Assembly (NCBI GenBank): GCA_019636245.1
Contig: JAHBXX010000002.1
Span: 98,586 to 162,585, forward strand
Source of the DNA: Planctomycetota bacterium
GTDB taxonomy: Bacteria > Planctomycetota > UBA1135 > UBA2386
Direction: 5' to 3'
DNA length: 64,000 nucleotides
Part shown: positions 19,624 to 28,976 of the stretch, one piece after another
Position numbering within the stretch: position 1 is the first letter of the stretch
How the letters are laid out: every line of letters begins with the position of its first letter
Translations under genes and position numbers: made by a program
Notes under the pieces: generated by a model
Databases searched by the model: none
Seen by the model: the letters and a program-made list of their open reading frames with translations, nothing else
What the model was told of the DNA's origin: nothing

Positions 19624-21408
19624 TCAGCAGCGACGGCGGAAGTAGCGCTCCAGCTCGGCGGTACCGAACGTCAGCACCGTCGGCCGCCCGTGCGGGCAGT
19701 TGTGCGGGTGCTCCAGCGTCGCGGCCTCCTGCAGCAGCGCCGTGATCTCGGCATCCTGCAGCCGGTCGCCGCGCATCACCGACGAACGGCAGGCCAGCGA
19801 ATGGAATCGTTCGGCGATCCGGGCCCGCACCGCGCCGGCGCCGTCTTCGGCGCCGGCCGCCAGCAGGTCCTGCAGCAGCTGCTTCGGGTCGACGCCGGCC
19901 AGCACCGCCGGCAGGCCCTGCACCGCCACTGCCGACGGCCCGAACGGCTCGACCAGGAAGCCCTGCTCGGCCAGGCCGGCGCGGGCGTCCTCGAGCCACG
20001 CCCGTTCACCCGGCGGCACCTCGACCACCGCCGGCACCAGCAGGCGCTGCACCTGCACGGCGCGGGCTGCCTGCTGGCGGCGCAGTCGTTCGTAGACGAC
20101 GCGTTCGTGCAGCGCATGCTGGTCGACCACCAGGAGCCCGTCGGGCCCCTCGAGCAGGAGGTAGAGGTCGAGCACCTGCAGGAACCGGCCGGAGACCCGC
20201 TGGAACGGGTTCGGGCGCGGCGGTGCGGCGGCTGGAGCCGCCGGGGTCGCCGCGGTCTCGCGCACGACCGCCGGTGGTGCCGGCCGCCGGTCGGGGAACG
20301 GCAGCGGGCCCGCGGCCCCGCCGAACAGGTCGCGCGGCAGGTCCGGGAAACCCGAGCGGGCGCGCGGCAGTTCGGGGCCGAGCGTGACGCCCGCGGCGGC
20401 CTGGGGGCCGCCGGGCGCCGCGCCGCCGCGGCCCTGCAGGCGCGCCCGCACCGTCTCGTGCAGGCAGCCGGCGATGCGGCGGGAGTCGACGAACCGGACC
20501 TCGGCCTTGCGCGGATGCACGTTCGCGTCGACCTGGTCGGCCGGCAGGGTCAGCTGCAGCACGTAGACCGGGAACCGACCACCCATCAGGTACTCGCGGA
20601 ACGCCTGCCGCACGGCGTGCAGGGCGCTGTTCTCGCGGGCGAGCCGGCCGTTGACGAACATCAGTTCGAGCTTGCCGTCGCGCCGCGCGAGGTCGGGCTC
20701 GGCGACCACGCCTTCGACCACGAGGCCGGGGAACGTCCTGGACACCGGCTCCAGCCCGGCGCGCAGGTCGGCGCCGAAGCAGCGCGCCAGGCGATCGGCG
20801 AGCGCTTCGCCGGCGGGCAACCGCAGCAGCTCGCGCCCGTCGGCGACCAGGGTCACGTCGACGTCGAGCCGCGCCAGCGACAGTTCGGCGACCAGTTCCT
20901 GGATGCGCGCGCGTTCGGCGCCCGGCGACTTCAGGAAGCGGCGGCGTGCCGGCACGTTGTGGAACAGATCGCGCACCTCGACGCGGGTGCCTTCGGGCGC
21001 GCCGCACGGCCCTGGCGGCGACTCGACGCCGCCGTCGCAACGCACCTCCCAGCCCTCTTGCGCGCCGCGCCGACGGCTGCGGATCGACGCCCGCGACACG
21101 GCGCCGATCGACGCCAGGGCCTCGCCGCGGAAGCCCAGGCTGGCGATGTGGTCGAGGTCGGCGACCGTCGCCAGCTTGCTGGTCGCGTGGCTGGCGAAGG
21201 CCAGCGGCAGGTCCTCGGGCAGGAAGCCGTCGCCGTCGTCGATCACGGCGATGCGCTCGGCGCCGCCGCCGTCGATCTCGATGCGAATGCGCAGGGCGCC
21301 GGCGTCGAGCGCGTTCTCGAGCAGTTCCTTGACGACCGACACCGGTCGCTCGACCACCTCGCCGGCGGCGATCTGGTTGACGACGGCGGCGGGCAGGCGG
21401 CGGATCAT
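19624..21408 (-). CDS. mutL: DNA mismatch repair protein MutL (endonuclease type)
   Basis: The N-terminus, IAAGEVVERPVSVVKELLENALDAG...IDDGDG, is the GHKL ATPase. The C-terminus has VDQHALHERVVYE (DQHAx2Ex4E nuclease motif) and CPHGRP. ATG 21408 overlaps the holA stop (ATGA). Confidence 0.92.
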   Translation of the reverse strand: MIRRLPAAVVNQIAAGEVVERPVSVVKELLENALDAGALRIRIEIDGGGAERIAVIDDGDGFLPEDLPLAFASHATSKLATVADLDHIASLGFRGEALASIGAVSRASIRSRRRGAQEGWEVRCDGGVESPPGPCGAPEGTRVEVRDLFHNVPARRRFLKSPGAERARIQELVAELSLARLDVDVTLVADGRELLRLPAGEALADRLARCFGADLRAGLEPVSRTFPGLVVEGVVAEPDLARRDGKLELMFVNGRLARENSALHAVRQAFREYLMGGRFPVYVLQLTLPADQVDANVHPRKAEVRFVDSRRIAGCLHETVRARLQGRGGAAPGGPQAAAGVTLGPELPRARSGFPDLPRDLFGGAAGPLPFPDRRPAPPAVVRETAATPAAPAAAPPRPNPFQRVSGRFLQVLDLYLLLEGPDGLLVVDQHALHERVVYERLRRQQAARAVQVQRLLVPAVVEVPPGERAWLEDARAGLAEQGFLVEPFGPSAVAVQGLPAVLAGVDPKQLLQDLLAAGAEDGAGAVRARIAERFHSLACRSSVMRGDRLQDAEITALLQEAATLEHPHNCPHGRPTVLTFGTAELERYFRRRC

Positions 21409-22616
21409 AGCTCGAGCTCCTGCGCGGTCGGGATCGGCGCGCCGTCGAACCACTGCGCCAGGAACTGCTCGAGCAGCACGTCCGGCTCCTCGGCCGAGAG
21501 CCTGGCCATGCGCTGGCAATGTCGCAGCGCCAGGAGGCCGCGGCGCAGCGTCCGGGCATCGTTGCGCCGCACCTGGGCGGTGAAGCGATCGGCGAAGGTG
21601 CGCACGCCGGCCCGGTCGGCGAGGTCGCGCGGCGACACCCCCTGGTCGAGCAACAGGCGTCCCTCGTAGACGGTGGCCAGCGTGCGGTGCAACCAGCTGG
21701 CGGTGAACGGCAGCACGCCACCCTGGTCGATGCGCTTGCCGTCGCGACCGCGGGCGCCGCGCGCGAACATCGCCTGCACGGCGCGGTGCGCGGCGCGCCG
21801 ATCGCCGCCGAGCACGGCGTCGGCGAACTCGAACGGCGTCGCCTCGAAGCTGCACGACAGGCGCTGGCGCAGGTCGTCCGGGCCGAGCGGCCGCGGCGGT
21901 TTGCCGCCGGTCTGCGCCCGCAGGCGGCCGATCTCCGCCAACAGGTCGCGCGGCGCCTTGCCGACCTGCACGACCATCAGCCAGGCGGCCTCGGGCTGCA
22001 GCGGCACCCCGGCCCGCTGCGCGCGCAGCATCACCCACTGGCAGAGTTCGCCCTCCTCCGGGCCGCGCGAGCGGTCGTAGGGCTGGTCGTACAGGTCCCG
22101 GAACTCGAACTTCGCGCCCGCGGCCTCCACTTCGCGGTCGAACGCGGCAACGGCCTTCTTGCGGCGATCGAGCTTCTGGGCCTCGACGACGAGGCCGCTG
22201 CCGCGTGGGAACCTCGCCGCCTGCGCGGCGACCGCGGCCCCGTGCAACCGCCACCAGGCGCCGCCGCGGCGGATCACGACGAAGGTCTGCCGGGCGAACA
22301 GGCCGCCGCTGCGCAGGTCCTGCAGTTCCGGGCAGCCGGCCGCCGCCGCCTCGTCGCCGGCCTCGGTCTCGTCGTCGGCCGCGGCGTCGTCCGCATCGTC
22401 GTCCGCCGCGGCACCGCCGGCACGCAGTTCCACCGCATCGACGATCCGCAGTTCCGCGTCCGCCGGCACCGCCGCCAGGACCAGTTCCATCGCCTCGGCC
22501 CGGAAGTGGTCGTTGGCGCCGGTGACCAGCAGCACCGGCGGCAAACCCTTGGCCAGCGCCTGCCGCAGCCGTTCGAGCTGCTTCTCGGGGTGGGGTACGG
22601 GCGCGGCCTTGGCCAT
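21405..22616 (-). CDS. holA: DNA polymerase III delta subunit-like protein
   Basis: About 400 aa. The N-terminus PPVLLVTGANDHFRAEA and overall layout are as in HolA, with an acidic insert. It sits in an operon with mutL. Motif support is weaker than for its neighbours. Confidence 0.65.
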   Translation of the reverse strand: MAKAAPVPHPEKQLERLRQALAKGLPPVLLVTGANDHFRAEAMELVLAAVPADAELRIVDAVELRAGGAAADDDADDAAADDETEAGDEAAAAGCPELQDLRSGGLFARQTFVVIRRGGAWWRLHGAAVAAQAARFPRGSGLVVEAQKLDRRKKAVAAFDREVEAAGAKFEFRDLYDQPYDRSRGPEEGELCQWVMLRAQRAGVPLQPEAAWLMVVQVGKAPRDLLAEIGRLRAQTGGKPPRPLGPDDLRQRLSCSFEATPFEFADAVLGGDRRAAHRAVQAMFARGARGRDGKRIDQGGVLPFTASWLHRTLATVYEGRLLLDQGVSPRDLADRAGVRTFADRFTAQVRRNDARTLRRGLLALRHCQRMARLSAEEPDVLLEQFLAQWFDGAPIPTAQELEL

Positions 22617-23506
22617 CAGCGGGTGGCGGGGAACAGGTAGAGATCGGCGCCCCCCGCCACGAACACGACCACCGCCAGCCAACCATTGGCGGTGAAGAAC
22701 GCCGTGTCGATGCGGGACAGATCCTGCGGGCGGACGAGCGCATGCTGCCAGACCATCAGTCCGAGCGCGAGTCCGACTCCGGCGAGGTAGACGGCGCCGA
22801 GCGGCGCCAGCCAGCCGAAGCCCAGGAAGCCCAGCGCCGCCAGGGCGTGCAGGCCGCGGCTCGCCCACAGGGCGCCGCGGGCGCCCATGCGCACCGGCAG
22901 CGAGTGCAGGCCCGCGGCGCGATCGAACGCCTCGTCCTGGCAGGCATAGAGCACGTCGAAGCCGGCGACCCAGGCGGCGACCCCGGCGCCGAGCACCAAC
23001 GGCGCCACGAGGCGCGGCCCGAAGGCGCCGTCGGCGGCGAACCAGGCGGCCACCGGGGCCAGGCCGAGCGCGGTGCCGAGCCACAGGTGGCACAGGGCCG
23101 AGAACCGCTTCACATGGCTGTAGGCCAGCAACCAGGCCAGGGTCGGCACGCCGAGCAGGAGGCACGCCGGCGACAGCAGCCAGCAGGCGCCGAGGAACAC
23201 CGCACCGCTGGCCACCGCCAGGCCCAGCGCCGCGCCCGGGGCGACGACGCCGCGCGGGATCTCGCGTCCCGCGGTGCGCGGGTTGCGGCCGTCGAGTTCG
23301 CGATCGGCGTAGCGGTTGTAGGCCATGGCCGCGGTGCGCGCCGCGACCACGGCCAGGACGATGCGCAGCAGCAGCCAGGCCGACGGGTGACCGGCCGTCG
23401 CCACCAGCAGCGACAGCAGCACGAACGGCAACGCGAACACCGAGTGCGACAGCTTCACCAGCGACGCCACGTCGCGCGCGCGCCGCGCCAGCACCGCCAC
23501 CGTCAC
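22616..23506 (-). CDS. UbiA-family aromatic prenyltransferase (4-hydroxybenzoate polyprenyltransferase-related; MqnP-like)
   Basis: It has a multi-TM profile. AMAYNRYADRELDGRNPRTAGREIP is the first Asp-rich motif and YACQDEAFD the second. GTG 23506 overlaps the stop of the UbiX-like gene (GTGA). Confidence 0.85.
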   Translation of the reverse strand: MTVAVLARRARDVASLVKLSHSVFALPFVLLSLLVATAGHPSAWLLLRIVLAVVAARTAAMAYNRYADRELDGRNPRTAGREIPRGVVAPGAALGLAVASGAVFLGACWLLSPACLLLGVPTLAWLLAYSHVKRFSALCHLWLGTALGLAPVAAWFAADGAFGPRLVAPLVLGAGVAAWVAGFDVLYACQDEAFDRAAGLHSLPVRMGARGALWASRGLHALAALGFLGFGWLAPLGAVYLAGVGLALGLMVWQHALVRPQDLSRIDTAFFTANGWLAVVVFVAGGADLYLFPATR

Positions 23507-24159
23507 GACTCGCCCTCGTCCCACGGCGACGACGGCCGGCTCGCCGGCGTCTGCCAGCGGCGCACCAGCGGATGCTCGACGCGCAGGCGATCGAGGATCT
23601 TGCCGACCACGAAGTCGACCAGGTCCTCGACCCGCTGCGGCCGGTGGTAGAAGCCCGGCATCGCCGGCAGCACGATCGCGCCGAGCCGGGCCAGCGCCAG
23701 CATGTTCTCCAGGTGGACGACCGACAGCGGCGTCTCGCGCGGCACCACGACGAGAGGCCGACCCTCCTTGAGCGCCACGTCGGCGGCGCGTTCGACCAGA
23801 TTGCTGGAGAAGCCGTGCGCGATGCGCGCCAGCGAACCCATGCTGCAGGGCACGACGATCGTCGCCCGGAGGCCGGCGCTGCCCGACGCCGGCGCGGCTT
23901 CGACGGCATCGAGCGCGTGCACGCGCAAGCGCGGCCGCAGCGCGGCTTCGAACAACGCCGCCAGGTCAGGGCGTGCGAGGTCGATCGCCGCCCCGGCTTC
24001 GTGGACGAGCACGCGCAAGGCCGCCTGCGTCGCGGCGAGGTGCACCTCGTGGCCGGCGCCCAGCAGCACCTCGACCAGCCGGAGGCCGTAGGCGATGCCG
24101 CTGCCGCCGGAGAAGCACACGGCGAAGCGATCGGTGCGCAGCGGTGGATCGGCGCTCAT
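23503..24159 (-). CDS. ubiX: UbiX-family flavin prenyltransferase
   Basis: FAVCFSGGSGIAYGLRL, VVPCSMGSLARIAHG, PLVVVPRETPL and VLPAMPGFYHRP are present. The track ORF is trimmed to ATG 24159, which overlaps the CPBP stop (ATGA). Confidence 0.88.
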   Translation of the reverse strand: MSADPPLRTDRFAVCFSGGSGIAYGLRLVEVLLGAGHEVHLAATQAALRVLVHEAGAAIDLARPDLAALFEAALRPRLRVHALDAVEAAPASGSAGLRATIVVPCSMGSLARIAHGFSSNLVERAADVALKEGRPLVVVPRETPLSVVHLENMLALARLGAIVLPAMPGFYHRPQRVEDLVDFVVGKILDRLRVEHPLVRRWQTPASRPSSPWDEGES

Positions 24160-24884
24160 CCCTGGGCCAGGTAGAAATAGACGTTGTAGACCACGTGGGT
24201 GTAGACGCAGACCCCGTAGCCGCGGGCCCACATCAGGCCGCCGAGCAGCAATCCGGCCATGGTGCGGAACAGGAAGCGCGTGCGATCGTACTCCTCGCCG
24301 CACAGGTGATGGAACCACGAGAACACCAGCGCGCTGACCACGACCGCGAACACGCCCACCAGCCACGGCGGCAGCGACCAGGCCCGGATCGCCCGGATCC
24401 CGATCCACACCAGCGCCGACATCAGCCCGAGCCGAAACACCAGTTCCTCGAAGATGCCGGCGCCCAGCGAACCGACGAGGTCCGCGGTCAGGCCCGGCAC
24501 CGCCCCGGCGTGCAACAGGCGCGTCGCCGAGGTGGTCATCAGCGCAGCGGTCGGCCCGAGCATCAGGCCGTACACCGCGCCCTCCAGGGCCAGCACCGCC
24601 GCCACGCGCAGCCAGGGCACCTGCCGGCGCAGCAGCGACGCGGCGGCCGACGCCGCGAGCACGGCGAAGGCCAGCCGCAGCACCAGCAATCCGGGCACGC
24701 CGAGCCGGTCGAAGCCGCGCAGCAGCAGCAGTTCGGCGCCGTTCCGCTCGGCCGGGCTCAGCAGCAGGCGCAGCAGTTCGTAGAGCAGCCAGAGCGGCAG
24801 CACGGCGAACAGGCCCACGGCCGGGTCGCGCGACCAGTCGAGGTAACCGCCCGGACCGGGCTCAGGCCGGGGCGACTTCGCCAC
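24156..24884 (-). CDS. CPBP-family intramembrane glutamic endopeptidase (CAAX protease-like)
   Basis: The profile is polytopic. FEELVFRLGL (EExxxR) and VFSWFHH (FxxxH) motifs are present. The start is a GTG. Confidence 0.8.
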   Translation of the reverse strand: MAKSPRPEPGPGGYLDWSRDPAVGLFAVLPLWLLYELLRLLLSPAERNGAELLLLRGFDRLGVPGLLVLRLAFAVLAASAAASLLRRQVPWLRVAAVLALEGAVYGLMLGPTAALMTTSATRLLHAGAVPGLTADLVGSLGAGIFEELVFRLGLMSALVWIGIRAIRAWSLPPWLVGVFAVVVSALVFSWFHHLCGEEYDRTRFLFRTMAGLLLGGLMWARGYGVCVYTHVVYNVYFYLAQG

Positions 24885-25563
24885 GGTAGAGGGCGGCGAT
24901 GCCGCCGGTGAGGAGTCGCAGCGTCGGCGTACGCAGCCCGGCGGCGCGCATCAGGTCGAGGAACTGTTCGCGCTCGGGGAACGCCATCACCGAATCGTGC
25001 AGGTAGCGGTAGGCATCGTTGCGGGCGCCGCTGATCCACTGGCCGAGGCGCGGCAGGATGCGGCGGAAGTAGAAGCGATAGGCGTGGCCGAACAACGGCA
25101 GCCGCGGCCGGGTGAACTCGAGCACGACGACCCGGCCGCCCGGACGCACCACGCGTGCCATCTCGCGCAACCCGGCGGCGGGATCGCTGACGTTGCGGAT
25201 CCCGAACGCCACCGTGGCGAAGTCGAAGGTCGCATCGGCGAACGGCAGCGCCAGCGCGTCCCCGACCAGGAACCGCGGTCGGCGGCCCGCCTCGGCCGCC
25301 ACGGCCTTCGTCGCCGCGCGCACCAGCATCGGCTGGCAGAAGTCGGACCCCACGACTTCGGCGCCCGCGCGCTGCAGCGCGAAGCTCAGGTCGCCGGTGC
25401 CCGAGCAGACGTCGAGGCCACGTTCGCCGCGACGCACCGCCGTCAGCCGGACCGCCTGACGACGCCACCAGGTGTCGATCCCCATCGACAACGCCCGGTT
25501 GGCGCGATCGTAGCCTGGCGCCACGTCGGCGAACATGCGCTGGATCGTGGGCCCATCGGGCAT
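24862..25563 (-). CDS. ubiE: Demethylmenaquinone/ubiquinone C-methyltransferase
   Basis: VAPGYDRANRALSMGIDTWWRR, LDVCSGTGDL (SAM motif I), FGIRNV and VVLEFTRP are present, with a C-terminal tail typical of UbiE/MenG. Confidence 0.9.
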   Translation of the reverse strand: MPDGPTIQRMFADVAPGYDRANRALSMGIDTWWRRQAVRLTAVRRGERGLDVCSGTGDLSFALQRAGAEVVGSDFCQPMLVRAATKAVAAEAGRRPRFLVGDALALPFADATFDFATVAFGIRNVSDPAAGLREMARVVRPGGRVVVLEFTRPRLPLFGHAYRFYFRRILPRLGQWISGARNDAYRYLHDSVMAFPEREQFLDLMRAAGLRTPTLRLLTGGIAALYRGEVAPA

Positions 25564-25645
25564 GCGCCGATTCTGCGGCGGTCACCGTCCAAGCTCAATG
25601 CACAGCCGCAGATCGTCGCCCGTTCGGCGTGCTCCGGCGGCCGGC

Positions 25646-25908
25646 AGCCGCGTCGCGCGGCGATGGAGGACGCGGCGATCGGGGCGCCTGCAGGGGCCTC
25701 CCAAGCCGCCGCCGCGGCGCCAACGGCGTCGCCACGCCCGCCTACCCGAGCCGCGTCGCCGAGGCGATGGAGAACGCGGCGATCGGGGCGCCCGCAGGGC
25801 GCCTCCCACGCCGCCGCCGCGGCGCCAACGGCGTCGCCACGCCCGCGTACCCGAGCCGCGTCGCGGCGGCGATGGAGAACGCGGTGATCGGGGCGCCCGC
25901 AGGGCGCC
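25646..25908. repeat. Intergenic tandem repeat, about 2.5 copies of a 104/105-bp unit
   Basis: The unit contains AGCCGCGTCGC..GGCGATGGAGAACGCGGCGATCGGGGCGCCCGCAGGGCGCC.... CGATGGAG recurs at 25661, 25765 and 25870, with only a few mismatches between copies. Each copy carries a hairpin GGCGCCC-GCA-GGGCGCC (for example 25787-25803 and 25892-25908). Confidence 0.85.
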
Positions 25909-25912
25909 GCGA

Positions 25913-28906
25913 TCACTGCCGCCAGTAGTTGGCGACGCAGCGCACCCCAGGAACGTTCAGGGTGGCGATGCGCGTGCCGGTACCGAGCTCCAGCACGTCG
26001 ACGCGACCGGTGTCCGACAGCGCGATGAACATCAGGCGCGGGAACGAACAGGCGGCATTGCCCTGCTTCACCACGTGCTTGCCAGAGTGGATGAAGGGCG
26101 TCTCGAAGTAACCCAGCGGCGCGTACGGCGACACCTGGCCGCGCAGCCCGCCGTTGTTGCGCAGGTCGTCGACACACAGGTCGATCACCGAGTTGCCCGA
26201 CAGCTGGTCACGGACGGGCGTTCCGGGCGTGAAACCGCCGAAACGCTGCGTCACCGTCCATTCCTTCTGCCGGTAGGTCGGCGGCTGGATGAAGCCGCCG
26301 ACGATCGGCGAGATCGGCAGCTGCCCGTTCGGTGACGCCGTCAGCGACAGGCGCGAAACCATGCCGGCACCGCTGTCGTCGACGTGGCCGACGAAGATGC
26401 CGCCGCGGGTCGCGGTGACGTCGATGGTCATCGCCTTGGCGCGCGGGAACGAGACGTTCGTCACCGAGCCGATGATGTCGTTGAAGCCGATGCCGTTGAC
26501 GCCGTCCGGCCCCGACTCGTAGACGGCGACGGTGCCGTTCGAGTTCAGGATGTAGGCGTAGTAGAGACCCGACGCGTTGCCGGTCGCCTGGTAGCGCTCC
26601 GACACCACGACGTCGATCGGCCCGTTGAGGAAGCCGCCGAGCGACCGCCGCACGGTGAAGTCCTGCGCCTTGATGATGGTCAGGAAGTTCGCCTCGGTGG
26701 ACACGACCAGCACGTCCTCGCCGTCGGGCTGCCAGGCGATGCCCGTCGGTCCCTGATCGACGCGGGTCTCGGCGACGACCTGGTGGAAGGTCAAGCTGAA
26801 CGGATTGATGTCGATGAAGCTGACCGTGGCGCTGGCGAAGTTGGTCACCGCCAGGCGGGTCAGGTTCGGCGACATCGCCATGCTCACCGGATCCGACAGC
26901 TGGATGCGATCGAGCACCGTGAAGCGGTTGCTGTTGACGATCAGCACCTGCCGGTTCTCGCGGTCGAGCACGTAGAGGAAATGGCCGACCTGCTGCCGCG
27001 AGGTGAACGGGCAGTAGGGCGTCGGCGGCGGCGGGTTGGCCGGCGGCGGCTGCGGGCCGACGAACACGTTCATGAACAGCGTGCCGTAGACGCCGAGTTC
27101 GGTCTGCACCGCCGAGAACGGGTTGCCAGCGGTCAGGAAGTTGAGGCCGGTCGACAGGCAGCCCACCGGCGGCCCGCCGGTCAGCAAGGAGCCGACCGGA
27201 CCGGTGCTCGACTTCGTGGCCGGCTCCTCGCCGAAGATCGCGCGGTTCGGGTTCGGCGGCGGGAACACCAGCCGCGGCGGGTTCGGCACCGGCGGCTGGG
27301 TGATGACGTTGCCCGGCATCGCCTGGTTCAGCAGCTGGTTGATCTGGTTGGCGCTGGTGGCGTTGAAGTTGATGTTCTCGTTGTTGAACACCAGGTCGAG
27401 CGGCGCGCCGATGTGGATGTCGGTGACGTCGCCGACGATCGGATCCCGCAAGAGGCGCGGGTTGAGCCGGGTGTCGACGGTGCGCGTCAGCACGCCGGCG
27501 CCGCCGGTGTCGATCGGCCGGTTGCTCGGCGCCAGCGACGGCACCACGCCCGGCTTGCCGATGTTCGGGTTCAACGGGAACCTGGTCACGGTCGGATCGC
27601 CGGTGCCCTGGCCGAAGCCGTTCAGGTCGATCACCGAGACGCCCGGCTCGGCGCCGCCGATGCCGATGTAGATCGCTTCGGGCGCCACGGGCGCGTTGAT
27701 GAGACCGGGGCCCTCGCCGGTGCGGAACCGCGTGGTCACCGGCTGCCCCACCGTCTGGCCGGTCAGGCTGCGGATCGTGGTCGCCTGCACGGAGACGTCG
27801 ACGTCGGCGTCGCCGGGCAGGTTGTAGGCCGGCCGGATGATGTAGTTCTGCAGGTCCCCGTAGCTGACCGGATCGGCGTGGTAGATCACCGGGAAGGTCT
27901 GCGCCGCCGCGGTCACCGACAGCGACACGCCGCCCGTCGGCGGCGTCAGCTGCTGCGGATCGAAGAACGAACCGACGTCGCCCGGCTGCACCGGCTTGTT
28001 GAAGCGGATCAGGATCGACGTGGTCGGATCGATGCCCTGCTGGTTGTTGCCCGGGATGATCTGCGGCGACGTCACGCCGGAGAAGCCGAGCACCTGCGGC
28101 GGGTTCGGGTCGGTGCCGACCGTCGTCGCCGTGGCGATCTCCTGGGCCAGGATGCGGCCCTCGTTGCTGCGCACCGCGTTGGTGACGATGATCCTGATCA
28201 GGATGTTGCTGGGGAACGCCTCGTTGTCGGTCAGCAGGTTGTTCGTGTCGGCGATGAAGACGAACGACTTCTTGGTGACCAGGTCGGCGGCGCCGGCGTA
28301 CTGCGGGAACCCGTTCGCCCGGGTGTCGAGGATGCGGACGTTGTTGCCATCGGCCTCGACGGCCAGCGTCTTCTGCAGCACGCCGCCGACGTTGTAGTAG
28401 GTGTAGCCGTTGACGAACGCCCGGCCCTTCAGCATCTCGGTCGACTCGGTGCCCGGGTTGTAGGCCAGCACCTGCAGCGCGCCCGTCAGGCCCGAGTTGT
28501 TCTGGTCGGCCAGCAGGTTGCTGAGGATCGAATCGACGTCGAGCTTGTGGCTGAACGTGAAGTGCAGGAAGTGGTTGCCCGGGTTGCCGTCGGGCAGCAC
28601 CGGCGTCGTCGGCAGGGTGGCGACCGGCAGCACGCCGTTGCTGCCGCTGACGTTGTTCTTCAGGGTGTCGATGCTCTCGATGTTCAGCACCGTCGAGGTC
28701 GGGTTGCGGAACGAGTCCGCCTGGCGGATGCGGTACGGATAGACGCTGCCGGTGCCCGTACTGACGCTGACGACCTTGAACTCACCGCGGTTGTCGGGAT
28801 CGCCCTTGGTGCCGCCGGCGCAGCCCATGACGAGGAGCATCGGGGCGAGCAGGGCGCCCCCGAGGCAGGCGGATCGGCACGACCAGGACGTGGGATTGGC
28901 GTTCAT
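25913..28906 (-). CDS. Large surface lipoprotein with Ig-like (SbsA-type) and YVTN/beta-propeller-like repeats
   Basis: MNANPTSW...ALLAPMLLVMGCAGG has a lipobox. ILIRFNKPVQPGDV is Ig-like. LYVLDRENRQVLIVNSNRFTVLDRIQL, LAVTNFASATVSFIDI and GIAWQPDGEDVLVVSTE are propeller-blade-like. The protein is rich in Asn, Thr and Gly. The track ORF is trimmed to ATG 28906. Confidence 0.75.
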   Translation of the reverse strand: MNANPTSWSCRSACLGGALLAPMLLVMGCAGGTKGDPDNRGEFKVVSVSTGTGSVYPYRIRQADSFRNPTSTVLNIESIDTLKNNVSGSNGVLPVATLPTTPVLPDGNPGNHFLHFTFSHKLDVDSILSNLLADQNNSGLTGALQVLAYNPGTESTEMLKGRAFVNGYTYYNVGGVLQKTLAVEADGNNVRILDTRANGFPQYAGAADLVTKKSFVFIADTNNLLTDNEAFPSNILIRIIVTNAVRSNEGRILAQEIATATTVGTDPNPPQVLGFSGVTSPQIIPGNNQQGIDPTTSILIRFNKPVQPGDVGSFFDPQQLTPPTGGVSLSVTAAAQTFPVIYHADPVSYGDLQNYIIRPAYNLPGDADVDVSVQATTIRSLTGQTVGQPVTTRFRTGEGPGLINAPVAPEAIYIGIGGAEPGVSVIDLNGFGQGTGDPTVTRFPLNPNIGKPGVVPSLAPSNRPIDTGGAGVLTRTVDTRLNPRLLRDPIVGDVTDIHIGAPLDLVFNNENINFNATSANQINQLLNQAMPGNVITQPPVPNPPRLVFPPPNPNRAIFGEEPATKSSTGPVGSLLTGGPPVGCLSTGLNFLTAGNPFSAVQTELGVYGTLFMNVFVGPQPPPANPPPPTPYCPFTSRQQVGHFLYVLDRENRQVLIVNSNRFTVLDRIQLSDPVSMAMSPNLTRLAVTNFASATVSFIDINPFSLTFHQVVAETRVDQGPTGIAWQPDGEDVLVVSTEANFLTIIKAQDFTVRRSLGGFLNGPIDVVVSERYQATGNASGLYYAYILNSNGTVAVYESGPDGVNGIGFNDIIGSVTNVSFPRAKAMTIDVTATRGGIFVGHVDDSGAGMVSRLSLTASPNGQLPISPIVGGFIQPPTYRQKEWTVTQRFGGFTPGTPVRDQLSGNSVIDLCVDDLRNNGGLRGQVSPYAPLGYFETPFIHSGKHVVKQGNAACSFPRLMFIALSDTGRVDVLELGTGTRIATLNVPGVRCVANYWRQ

Positions 28907-28976
28907 GGGATGCGAAGTCCGACCGCGGGCATGCGGCCGGGAAGGGTCAACTCCGGACGGTTCCAGCCAAGCGAGA

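Noticed and set aside
25646-25908. Tandem repeat considered as a CRISPR array
   Set aside because: The units are ~104 bp and directly abut, with no unique spacers, and no cas genes are nearby.
25629-25928. Plus-strand ORFs crossing the tandem repeat that would encode a repeated peptide (..AMENAAIGAPAG..)
   Set aside because: Composition is Arg/Ala-rich, there is no convincing ribosome-binding site, and several frames are equally open. This looks like an artefact of the repeat in GC-rich DNA.
25913-28906. Horizontal acquisition of the Asn/Thr-rich secreted-protein genes (also 48742-50715 and 56245-57378)
   Set aside because: Codon third positions stay almost uniformly G/C, as in the neighbouring genes, and no mobility genes or tRNA flanks are present. 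The odd composition reflects the protein type rather than foreign DNA.
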